A DNA stretch of 64,000 nt from Squalus acanthias. Lineage: Eukaryota. This document shows positions 26,224 through 37,899 of the stretch, in pieces. A program made the position numbers and the translations under genes. Where the stretch lies: assembly GCA_030390025.1 (NCBI GenBank), contig CM059432.1, positions 56,856,001 through 56,920,000 of the forward strand. Direction: 5' to 3'. The stretch's first letter is position 1. Each line of letters begins with the position of its first letter. Below the pieces are notes generated by a model that ran no database searches, had not been told where the DNA came from, and saw nothing but the letters and a program-made list of their open reading frames with translations.

Positions 26224-26944
26224 CGATAAAGGGATTTACCAATTGGATAACCCAGTGCTGCCTTCTCCACTTCTGAATCCTACTGTTTTAATGTAAAAGA
26301 AAAGAAAAGACTTGCATTTGTGTCGCACCTTTCATGACCTCAGGACATTCAAGCCTTATACACCAGAAATTAATCACTAAATTCATATGGTATCACTGGA
26401 CGCTTGGTAGACCTTTGGAACTAAGGTATCCTCACAATGTAAAAAGCCATTATGATAGAAACTAATATTAAACCACATCGAGTGTGCAGTTAATTAAACA
26501 AAATTGAGGTTATCCTTTGTCGTCAAAGGAAAGAAAAATTGCCTGGGGTGTATAACAGGCAGTTGATCTGCCACCACCCGTTCTACACTCTTGAAGTTGA
26601 AAGTGCCGCCCAACTAATGTGACAACCAAAATGAAAAATAAGAACCAACTTTTGGAAAATGAGTCTTGCTCGTCCTTATCCTCATCTGTTTGTGTTTATA
26701 TTAAACTTAAAAATGTCTTGGGTGAGACCTCTGTGCTTTACTGAAGCCAGTACTTCTGTGGAAAATGCTAAGAAACCTGCCTCATACTATCAGGACCATT
26801 AAGCTGTAATTAAGTCTCGTTGATCAGCGCTTTATTTACATAGAAGGACCACTCTGATCTCCGACCTTAATATAAAGATGGTATTTTTCAGAATATAACT
26901 TTTTTTAAAGTTCAATTTTTTAGCATGGAATTCTCTATAAACAG

Positions 26945-27616
26945 TGGATGTCCAAAGAAACGGGGGTTCAGGTACATAGATCATTAAAATGTCATGAACA
27001 GGTACAGAAAATAATCAAAAAGTCTAAAGGAATGCTGGAATTTATATCTAGAGGACTAGAATACAAGGGGGTGGAAGTTATGCTGCAGCTATACAAAACC
27101 CTGATAAGACCTCAGCTGGAGTACTGTGAGCAGTTCTGGGCACCACACTTTAGGAAGGATATATTGGCTTTGGAGGGATTGTAGCGTAGGTTTACCAGAA
27201 TGATACCCGGACTTCAAGGGTTAAGTTACGAGGAGAGATTACACAAATTAGGGTTGTATTCCCTAGAATTTAGAAGGTTAAGGGGTGATCTGATCGAAGT
27301 TTTCAGGATATTAAGGGGAACAGATAGGGTAGAAAGAGAGAAACTATTTCCGCTGGTTGGGGATTCTAGGACTATAGGGGGCTTAGTCTAAAAATTAGAG
27401 TCAGACCTTTCAGGAGTAAAATTAGGAAATACTTCTACACACAAAGGGATCAATTGTTAATTTTAAATCGGAGATTGATAGCTTTTTGTTGACCAAAGGT
27501 ATTAAGGGATATGGGCCAAAGGGTATATGGAATTAGATCGCAGATCAGCCATGATCTCATTGAATGGCGGAACAGGCTCGAGGGGCTGAATGGCCTACTC
27601 CTGTTCCTATGTTCCC
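26945..27616 (+). mobile_element. CR1 3' fragment
   Basis: LYKTLIRPQLEYC, RRLRGDLIE; gttcctat tail. Confidence 0.9.
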
Positions 27617-28015
27617 ACATTCCTAAGTAGGGCATCAATCTCAGTTTCGCTGTGGAAGAAAACAGTGGTGATTGGAGGTTCAATTCTAGACCACAGGAAG
27701 GCAAAATCAGAGGGCAAGAAATTTCAGGCCACTCTTGTGCACCTTTGCAAATGGTTACAGTGATATTGGTACAAGCCTGGGAAGTGGATATTTGCCCACC
27801 ACCTTCTCTGCTAAGAAATGGTGATGAGGGACCAAAAGTTGTGCAGAACTTGAGGGAGGGAATTACAATTTGTATTTGGTGGAAGATCGTCTACTTGATC
27901 ATTTAAGCAACAATCTCCTTGATGATTCCCTCTCCCCCCAATAATTGTCAAAATATATCTATGGGAGAAAAGGTGCCTGAGAAATTTTGGATTATTGAAA
28001 TGAACGCAACACAAT

Positions 28016-28731
28016 GGGCCGGATTTTGCGGTAGAAATAACAGTGAGGCTAACTGCGCTCACCGTTATTTACGTGGAAATCGCACAGCAACTTCCAGCGG
28101 CTGCACAGTTAAACGTGGAAATCAGGAAGTTGCTGTCCGAGATGCACTACACCTCCAAAAGCTGCGTGATAATGGTATCTTGCCTAAGACTCTCAATTCA
28201 ATTACATTGAACGGCGTGAAATTGCTGTACTTAACTGATGGATATGGACTAAACTCGCCAGAAAAAGTTAGAGCTTGTCCCATTCCAGTGTAAGCATCCT
28301 TTTAAGGGCGTGATAAGTCTTAATTACTGCCAAACAACCTCTCTGGCAATTAACTTTTACAAGTATGGACTGTCATTCGTTCAGATTTTAATTATTGTGG
28401 AGATTTAAAAAAATAAATAAAGCAAATCATTTTTTTTTACTTTTTCTGTCTCTTTTATTTCTCTCACTTAATCCAATCTTTCTTTCCCTCTTTATTTTGC
28501 TTTCTGTACTTGATTTGACATTGAATTAAATATTCAAACTAACACTTCCTCATGATACTTCAATCTGATTGGTTAAAGACATACACAGTTGCTTTCCCTG
28601 TTCATATCGGTCCCAGATGCTCTGTAGAGAGTGCTGTTCTTTTTGGATAGTTGGCTGACAGGAACTTCCAGTGCAAAAGCCCATAGAAAGTTTATGGGTA
28701 AGTGTAACGGCTGACCGTTAAAATCCGGTCC
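28016..28731 (+). mobile_element. PIF/Harbinger-like MITE, family B
   Basis: TIR GGGCCGGATTTT / AAAATCCGGTCC with perfect AAT TSD. Confidence 0.85.
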
Positions 28732-29195
28732 AATAACTATATCACAAAACAGTTCATTTTTTGGTGACAGGGTTTAAGTATTGTTTGTGCTGTTGACTGT
28801 TAGTCAAACGGTGGTAGAATTGAAATTTTAAATACTATAATATAGCATTTGAAAGGAAATTAAATTATTTTTGTCCCAGTGCTGAACATTGCAGAATAAT
28901 AATTTTAATTGACAATATTGCCTGTCAGTGGAAGCTACTAACAATTCTCATTATACTTTGAAACCCGAAAGGGTGATCTGTGTTTTCGATATTTATAAAT
29001 CTCCCTAATTGTACTGCAATTTTCTAGAGAAGAGGAAAAAAAAACTTTAAAGAACTCAGCACAGTTCCTACAATTCTCCAGGTACAGCAGGTTTCGGAGC
29101 TCAGTAGGTGCTCAACGGACGTCCGGCATTTCAGGACAGAAGGAAAGAAAGGGGAAAACAGCAGACAAGCTGCTCTTCGTACACTTTTTAGCCGA

Positions 29196-32100
29196 TTTTT
29201 TTTTATTCCTTCATGGAATGTGGGCATCGCTGATGATTGAGTGTAGACTGATGGGGCGGTAATTGGCCGGATTGGATTTGTCCTGCTTTTTGTGGACAGG
29301 ACATACCTGGGCAGTTTTCCACATTGTCAGGTAGATGCCAGTGTTGTCGCTGTACTGGAACAGTTTGGCTAGAGGTGCAGCTAGTTCTGGAGCACAAGTC
29401 TTCAGCACGGCAGCCAGGATGTTGTTGGGGCCCATAACCTTTGCTGTATCCACTGTGCTCAGCCTTTTCTTGATATCACGTGGAGTGAATTGAATTGGCT
29501 GAATATTGGCTTCTGTGATGGTGGGGACCTCAGGAGGAGGCCGATATGGATCATCCACTGGCTGAAGATGGTTGCAAACGCTTCAGCCTTGTCTTTTGCA
29601 CTCACGTGCCGGGTTCAGTCATTATTGAGAATGGGAATATTCATGGCGCCTCCTCCTCCCGTTAGTTGTTTAATTATCCACCGCCCATCATGAGTGGATG
29701 TGGCAGGACGGCAGAGCTTTGATCTGATCCGTTGATTGTGAGATTACTTAGCTCTGTCTATTGCTTGCTGCTTCCGCTGTTTAGCATGCATGTAGTCCTG
29801 TGTTGCAGCTTCCCCAGGTTGGCACCTCCTTTTTAGGTATGCCTGGTGCTGCTCCTGGCATGCTCTTCTGCGCTCCTCATTGAATCAGGGTTGGTCTCCT
29901 GGCTTGATGGTAATGGTAGAGAGAGGGATATGCCTGGCCATGAGGTTACAGATTGTGGTGGAATACAATTCTGCTGCTGCTGATGGCCCACAGCGCCTCA
30001 TGAATGCCCAGTTTTGAGCTGCTAGATCTGTTTTGAATCCAACCCATTTAGCACTGTGGTAGTGCCACACAACACGATGGAGGGTGTCCTCAATGTGAAG
30101 ATGGGATTTCGTCTCCATAAGGACTGTGCGGTGGTCACTGCTACCAATGCTGTCATGGCGTCTGTGACAGGTAGATTGGTGAGGCTGTGGTCAAGTAGGT
30201 TTTTCCCCTCGTGTTTGTTCTCTCACCACCTGCCGCAGTCCTAGTCTGGCAGCTATGTCCTTCGGGACTTGGCCAGCTCGGTCAGTAGTGATGCTACCAA
30301 GCCATTCTTGGTGATGGATATTGAAGTCCCCAACCCAGAGTACATTCTGTGCCCTTGCTACCCTCCGTGCTTCTTCCAAGTGGTGTTCAACATGGAGGAG
30401 TACTGATTCATCAGCTGAGGGAGGGCGGTAGGTGGTAATCAGCAGAAGGTTTCCTTGCCCATGCTTGACCTGAAGCCATGAGACTTCATGGGGTCCAGAG
30501 TCAATGTTGAGGACTCCCAGGGCCACTCCCCCCCCCCCGACTGTATACTGTCTGATGGGTGTGTCCTGCCGGTGGGACAAGACATTACCAGGGATGGTGA
30601 TGGAGGAATCTGGGACATTGGCTGAAAGGTATGATTCTGTGAGTATGACTATGTCAGGCTGTTGCTTGACTAGTCTGTGGGACAGCTCTCCCAATTTTGG
30701 CGCAAGTCCCCAGATGTTAGTGAGGAGGACTTTGCAGGGTCGACTGGGCTGGGTCATAAAGTCATAGAGTTATACAGCACAGAAAGAGGCCCTTCAGCCC
30801 ATCGTGTCTGCACTGGCCATCAAGCCCTATCTATTCTAATCCCATTTTCCAGCACTTGGTCCGTAGCCTTGTATGCTATGGCGTTTCAAGTGCTCATCTA
30901 AATGCTTCTTGAATGTTCTGAGGGTTTCTGCCTCTACCACCCTTTCAGGCAGTGAGTTCCAGATTCCAACCACCCTCTGGGTGAAAAAGTTGTTCCGCAA
31001 ATCCCCTCTAAACCTCCTGCCCCTTACCTTGAAACTATGCCCCCTGGTTATTGACCCCTCTACTAAGGGGAAAAGTTCCTTTCTATCTACCCTATCTATG
31101 CCCCTCATAATTTTGTACACCTCAATCAGGTACCCCCTCAGCCTTCTCTGCTGTAAGGAAAACAACCCCAGCCTGTCCAGTCTCTCTTCATAGCTGAAAC
31201 GCTCCAGCCCAGGTAACATCCTGGTGAATCTCCTCTGCACCCTCTCTAATGCAATCACATCCTTCCTATAGTGTGGCGACCAGAACTACACACAGTATTC
31301 CAGCTGTGGCCTAACTAGCGTTTTGTACAGCTCCATCATAACCTCCCTGCTCTTAGATTCTATGCCTCGGCTAATGAAGGCAAGTATCCCATATGCCTTC
31401 TTAACCACCTTATCTACCTGTCCTGCTGCCTTCAGGGATCTATGTACATGTACACCAAGGTCCCTCTGATCCTCTGTCCTTCCTAGGGTCCTACCATTCA
31501 TTGTGTATTCCCTTGCCTTGTTAGTCCTCCCAAAATGCATCACCTCACACTTTTCAGGGTTAAATTCCATTTGCCACTGTTCTGCCCATCTAACCAACCC
31601 GTCTATATCGTCCTGTAGCCTGAGGCTTCCCTCCTCGCTATTTACCACTCCACCAATTTTCGTGTCGTCTGCGAACTTACTGATCATACCTCCTACATTC
31701 ATATCGAAATCATTAATCTACACTACAAACAGCAAGGTACCCAGCACCGATCCTTGCGGTACACCACTGGACACAGGCTTCCAGTCACAAAAACAACCTT
31801 CGACCATCACTCTCTGCCTCCTGCCACTAAGCCAATTTTGGGTCCAATGTGCCAAATTTCCCTGGATCCCATGGGCTCTTACCTTCTTGACCAGTCTCCC
31901 ATGCGGGACTTTGTCAAAAGCCTTACTGAAGTCCATGTAGACTACATCAACTGCACTACCCTCATCCACACACCTGGTCATCCCCTCGAAAAATTCAATC
32001 AAATTGGTTAGACATGATCTCCCCCTGACAAAGCCATGCTGACTATCCTTGATTAATCCTTGCCTCTCCAAGTGGAGACTAATTCTGTCCCTCAGAATTT

Positions 32101-32857
32101 TTTCCAATAATTTCCCTACCACTGATGTTAGGCTCACTGGCCTGTAATTCCCTGGTTTATCCCTACTACCCTTCTTGAATAATGGTACTACGTTAGCTGT
32201 CCTCCAATCCTCTGGCACCTCCCCTGTGGCCAGAGAGGTTCTGAAAATTTGTGTCAGAGCCCCTGCAATCTCCTCCCTTGCCTCACACAGCAGCCTGGGA
32301 TACATCTTGTCTGGGCCTGGGGATTTATCCACTTTTAAGCCCGCTAAAACCGCTAGTACCTCCTCCCTCTCCATGCTAATTTGTTCAAGTATATCACAAT
32401 CCCCCTGCCTGATTTCTATGCCTACATCGTCCTTCTCCATAGTGAACACAGATGCAAAATATTCATTTAAAACCTCACCTACATCTTCCGGCTCTACACA
32501 CAGATTGCCACTTTGGTCCTTAATGGGCCCTACTCTTTCCCTGGTTATCCTCTTGCCGTTGTCATGTCCGAAGCCGGTGCCTCGGTCGATGCCGGGTGGT
32601 CCGTCCGATTTTATTCTTATTTTTGTTTTTCGTAGCGGTTGTGTACAACTGAGTGGCTTGCTTGGCCATTTCAGAGGGCAGTTAAGAGTCAACCACATTG
32701 CTGTGGGTCTGGAGTCACATATAGGCCAGACCAGGTAGGAACGACAAATTTCCTTCCCTAAAGGGCATTAATGAACCAGATGGGTTTTTTACGACACTCC
32801 GATAGTTTCATGGTCACCATTACTGATGCTACCTTTTTATTCCAGATTTATTTAAAT
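29196..32857 (-). mobile_element. Single-ORF CR1-clade LINE with SINE-like 5' region, RT internally deleted, interrupted by CR1
   Basis: APE (QQPDIVILTESYL, WVGDFNIHH), RT N-terminus to NYRPISL, then tail. Confidence 0.88.
30755..32552 (-). mobile_element. CR1 LINE RT and 3' end, nested
   Basis: KSPGPD, YMDFSKAFDKVPHG, SKFADDTKIGG, RRLRGYLIE; host LINE resumes on both sides. Confidence 0.93.
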
Positions 32858-33199
32858 TGTTATTATTAAAAAAATACGAGCAATGTTGTATATTTTTCAA
32901 AGTATGGTACAAACTGGTTACTGATTAATACAGTAACTCCCTTCACTTCTTGAAGTCCAGGGAAGTTATTTTCAATCAGTTCTCCCTGATCTTTAATAAT
33001 CCTTTATTTTAACTGGACCTTAATGGGAAAGCTAATTAAAACCATAACAAGCGATTTCCAGACTCGGTTTATTTCCCAGGCTTGGGTATTTGCCAATAAA
33101 CCAGTGAATAAGGCATGAATAAAATTCTGTGCAACACTGCAATGGAAAAGTACTTCCCGGTGTATAATAAAGCTGTTCAATGTGCAGCTCTGGTTGTAG

Positions 33200-33950
33200 A
33201 ACTAAATGTTTGTAACACTGCTGCTAGCTCCAGTGAAACTGAAATATACACAAAGCTGCTTTGATGTGATGTGATCATAGAAATCTAATTAATGATCAAT
33301 AGCAGTGGAGTAGGTCGTACTAGAAAGTTTCAAAGCTATAAACTCAAGGAAATAGTGAAGTATCCTCAGTTATTGTAATGAGTGTTTTAAATGCATAAAG
33401 TAAAAATTATGGTCTCGAGCAACTGAAACCTGTTTCATATCTGCTGGCATTGCGCTTGTTTTTTGTTCTCCCCTCTTCATCTCCCCACCCATAGTGTAAC
33501 AGGGATCTGCACAATGCTATGTCTGAAGTAGCAGTCTAATATTATTTAAATAGAGCATATGTGGCATTAATGGGTAGATAAAATTGTTTGCTGCAAGCCC
33601 CGGATTAGAGTCCATTAACATGAATACTGAAGGTTTGTTTAATTAACTTGTATAATTAATAATGGTGTTGTGAGAAGATATGATTTACAGGCCTCGCAAG
33701 CAGAGGAGGTGTGTTACCTCATCAGTTTATTTGACGTATTGAGGAGTTTGGAGCAATCCATTCAATTCGCATCTTAATTGCCTTTCTAGCCATCACACCA
33801 GCTATGCAGTATCATATATTGGAATGTACTTTGTCAGAAAATGTTTATGTGACATTAATGAAATTTTAGTAATGAAATTGACCTACCAAAAATTGCTGTG
33901 CTGCATGTTTTGTGCATTAATTTCCTAGCACCTCTCCTGCCCAGATTGGA
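33200..33950. promoter_or_regulatory. Candidate conserved non-coding element / enhancer
   Basis: Unique AT-rich sequence dense in TAAT/ATTA and TGATTTAC-type motifs within a repeat-poor block; inference only. Confidence 0.3.
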
Positions 33951-34254
33951 ACCTTACATAATTTGTAGGAACAAATGAAACCTACAGGAATAAATGAATG
34001 AATGAAACCTATGATTCGGATTTATATCTTTTATCCAGTTAACAACAGTAATACAGCTAAGTACATCTTATTCTAGACATATTCTACAAACTGTTCTCGT
34101 GTTTCATTGTAAATATGACTAGGCTCTGTTTAATGATATTTGTATTGAAGTGTTCTCTGTATTTAAAAAATCTTTGCATATTCCCTCATGCCTCAGTGTG
34201 GAAATGCATCATGCATGATAAGTCTTTAGTTCCACCAGTGAAGGTAACATAGTA

Positions 34255-34495
34255 AAGTCTGATCCTGTCCTCCTCTGACTTTCACTCTACTGATTCTCCA
34301 GTCGGAATCACTGAAATCAGGTGAAACCCTCAGGCTGTTTTTCCTTTGCCTTATCCAAGGTTGCTGAGGCCAATTGGAGCACCCTTGTGTTACCTGGCTG
34401 AGATGAGCTAACTCAGCACAGATTAGAAATCAAACCTTCTGGTCTATATGGCTTTGTTACATGGTGCTTTTACTAACTGATCCATTGGAGAGCTA
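34255..34495 (-). mobile_element. Ancient tRNA-derived SINE (AmnSINE2/UCON3-like; name unverified)
   Basis: Shared motifs gatcctgtcctc..ctga and gagat..gctaactcagcacaga with 43490-44075 and 45420-45785. Confidence 0.55.
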
Positions 34496-34749
34496 TGAGG
34501 AAATAGACCATTGTGTCTGATAGTACCTCAAGTCTCTGATAACTATAGTCTGACTTCTGCCTGTTGCTTCCCCTTAATGGTGTGACAGTTTGCCATATGG
34601 GCAATTGAAAAGATGCTTTTTCTGTTGCCCTGAAGTTTGTTATGGCACAATTGAAATAACGTTAAGATTGATGTGGAATTGAATCGAAGAACGAACAACT
34701 CACGTTAGCTGGACCGGACAGTATCACCTCTTACCTTCCTTCTTCTCCC

Positions 34750-34752
<3 letters not shown>

Positions 34753-34780
<28 letters not shown>
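34753..34780 (+). repeat. Poly(C) tract, 28 nt
   Basis: Direct observation. Confidence 0.9.
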
Positions 34781-36379
34781 AAATCCCTGTTGTATTCACC
34801 AGCATTTTGTGAGAGCCCAGCAACTTAGTTAATCATGGCTCAAGACTATCCTCTTTTGGTCCCTGCTATCTCTTCCTTGTGAATAAACCTCCTCTGTCTG
34901 GGTTCTGGAATTTCTTCCAATTAATTGTACTGTATGTTAAGGAAAGAGGTATTACCTTTATTTAGTCATATGATGCTTTTGTGTAGCCTTCAAGAGCCTC
35001 TGATTAGCCCAACTGCAGCCTTCTCTGTAGCACTGCTGCACCACCATGACTGTATCCAGTCATTTCTTCTTTTGAAATATCCGTGCTCCACTGATGTCTC
35101 TATCCACTACCAACAGTATCCAACCTCTGTTGTGTTGAAAACCAGTTTCTCTTTTCTCCAGCAGGCTTATCTAAACCCAGCAGCCTCATTTTCCTCTCTG
35201 ACCATGTTCTTTAGGTCCCTGTTGTTCTTAACAACCCACTTTGAGTATGACTTCTGATTTTCAGGTTTTGCTTTTTTCAGAAGTAAGGTAAAGAAAATCA
35301 GGTGCAAGAACTGGAAACAAATGCTTGATTTTTTTTGGTGAAAAATGAAAGAAAATGTTTATATTTGAAAACTTTGGGTTTAATCAGCAAAATGAGTTTG
35401 GCATGAACAAATAAGCAATAATTTAAATAAAAATAAAAGCATCTTCGGAAAGTATAATGTGAAAGACATACATCATTAGCTGCATCCTCGGTACTCTTCC
35501 ATCATCGATCTTTGATCAAGCAACTGATGGTGCATTCTGTTACCAATGCTGTCCTCGGTATGGACAGAAGATGAAATGCTTCCGGTGCCAAGCAGGGAAA
35601 GCAGCTGCAGGGATCACACCAGAATTGTAGCAGATAAGCGTTAACATTTCTGTGTTTTATTGGATAGTTTGAGAGGTAGCTATTGGTATTAACTCTAAAG
35701 TCAGAAGGTTTAACGATGTGCTATGTGCAGTATCATAAACTATCTCTGAAACGCACTGCATCTCATGCTAATGGATGCTGCCACCTCAGATACTCTGGAC
35801 TATCCATTTTTTAATCATATTTACACCCCAGACTTTATTGCTCTTTCTTAATTGGTCATTGTATTTTAATATTAAATTATTCTCAGTCATTTCAGATGCA
35901 ACCACTAAGATTCTTTTTCAAGCTTTTGAAAGTTAATTCAAAGAATGTCTTATGAATCTCACTATTCTTTAAAAGGATATAATTTTTAAATAAGCCAAGA
36001 TTTATAACCATAGTGTCTTGGCTTATTAAAGCTTATCGATCCACTGTTGTTCCAAATATATGCATTAATTTTCTTCAGTGCTATGCTGTTGACATCATAA
36101 CAAATCTTGGTATGTTGTAATTCATTTTGAAAGCTCTTATGATTGGACATTTCAACATTTATTTTCCCCAAAAAAGTAGTTGTATTAATTTTTCAATTTA
36201 TCAATTTTTTCAATGAAGAAATTGATCTTACATCATCACAGATAATTAAAATATAACTAATTTTAAACTTTTATTTTGATGTGCATAAATATATTTTATT
36301 CGAAATATGTTCAAATGTTTTGCAATATGTGTTAAATGGCATAAATCTGGCCTCACTTCCCTTTTTGAGGTAACAATTT

Positions 36380-36760
36380 GTTACAGTCCATAATTAAATA
36401 AATAGTTTGCTGCAAAATATTACAGAAATTGCATTTGGAGGAGCTTAACAATTGTCTTAATGACTGCAGTTTGATTAAGTCCTTGTGGAATTGCAGCTGG
36501 GGATGTAATGGTACTACTGAGCTGCCGTTATTGCTGCACTGGTGTTTATTAATATTACAGTAAAAAGCAAGCCTCTAGTGAAAAGTCATTATCGGGATAA
36601 AAGAAACCAAATTGATCTTTTTGGGCTCTTATTGATGTTGTCAGGTTGGGCCTGCTCAAATTTTATCGCTTGGTTGCTCAGTAAATGTCAAGGGGATAGG
36701 AAGAGGTGCTGAAAATTTTAAATTAGATCTCAAAGCAGATGTAAGACTAGTAGTTCACTT
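36380..36760. promoter_or_regulatory. Candidate conserved non-coding element / enhancer
   Basis: Unique sequence with homeodomain (TAAT, TGATTAA), GATA and ACAAT motifs next to a very AT-rich flank; inference only. Confidence 0.3.
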
Positions 36761-37899
36761 TCCAGCTCTCCAGTATTCCAAATAGGGAAAGAAAGTTAAT
36801 TGGACCGTGCAGCCAAGATTTAAACTGTATTCTGCTCCATCTATATAGATATAAACCAAATTTTTTTGGCTAAATTATTTCATTGTTTGAAGGAAAATAA
36901 ACCATAATGAACTGTGAGTGTTGCTGTGCTTTTAAAAGGACTTAGCTGGATAAAACAATCTGTCCAGCACTGAAGTATAAATTGTATCCATGTATTCTAA
37001 CAAAGAGGACAAGGCACTTTTGCTGGGCAGTGCCAGCAAGAAATGGCAGTTGTCTCTCTTAGACTTATCCCCACAGAGTAGAACATTTTTGTTGAATTAC
37101 TTTCAGTGCAATCGAACACGTTAACCATAATGGAAGCTTTCTGTGTAGATGTGTATATATAAATATTTTAAAAATCACTTGCCTGCACAGGTGACACTGT
37201 GGATTACATAGAGATGGAGTTAGTTCTCAATTGCAATAGAAATCAGTAGTTTGAGAAATAATAGTGCAGGTCTGTGGTGCATAAACCCTTAGTAGAGATC
37301 AGCAGTTTCCATCACCAGAAACTACTACTGGAGCACTTGGAGAATATCTTGGCATGTTTGGGTAAAACAAATTCCACCCCTTTTCAAAGTAGAAAAAAAT
37401 TGATTCTTTAACCACGTTCATCTATTTCCAATAGTTAAATTAAATTTTTAGGTTGTGACCCGTAAGTACAGTTGCAAATTGTGTATGCACAGTTTATATA
37501 AGTTTGTCTCGCAGGAGTTCAAGTGCACATGAAAGGGAATGCTAAGTTAGCATTTCGAATGTAAATTCTTGATCAGAACTATAACCTGAGTTTTTATAAG
37601 TATAGGATATTTGAATGAAGAGAAATGCAGTATATTTATCAAACTTGGAAGAGCATTTAGCCCAGATCTTGACTGTTAGCTGATAAATTTTCAAAGTATG
37701 TTCATTGGATAGATACGGGAAAGCAATTTTGGCTGAGCAAGAAAATATAGCTTTTTTTTGAGGGAGCTAGGAATAAGGAAGGGTAGTTGAAACTGAGTGG
37801 TTGATGTTTTTTTTTAAGTAGAGACTAGTTCCATTTCAATTAAGTGGTTTGCTGTTGGTTTGGTTGAAGCGACCTCTAAGCTGATTGGCTGCTGATTGG

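Noticed and set aside
31718..32698. 326-aa ORF as a novel fusion gene
   Set aside because: Chance in-frame junction of a nested CR1 with the 5' region of the host LINE
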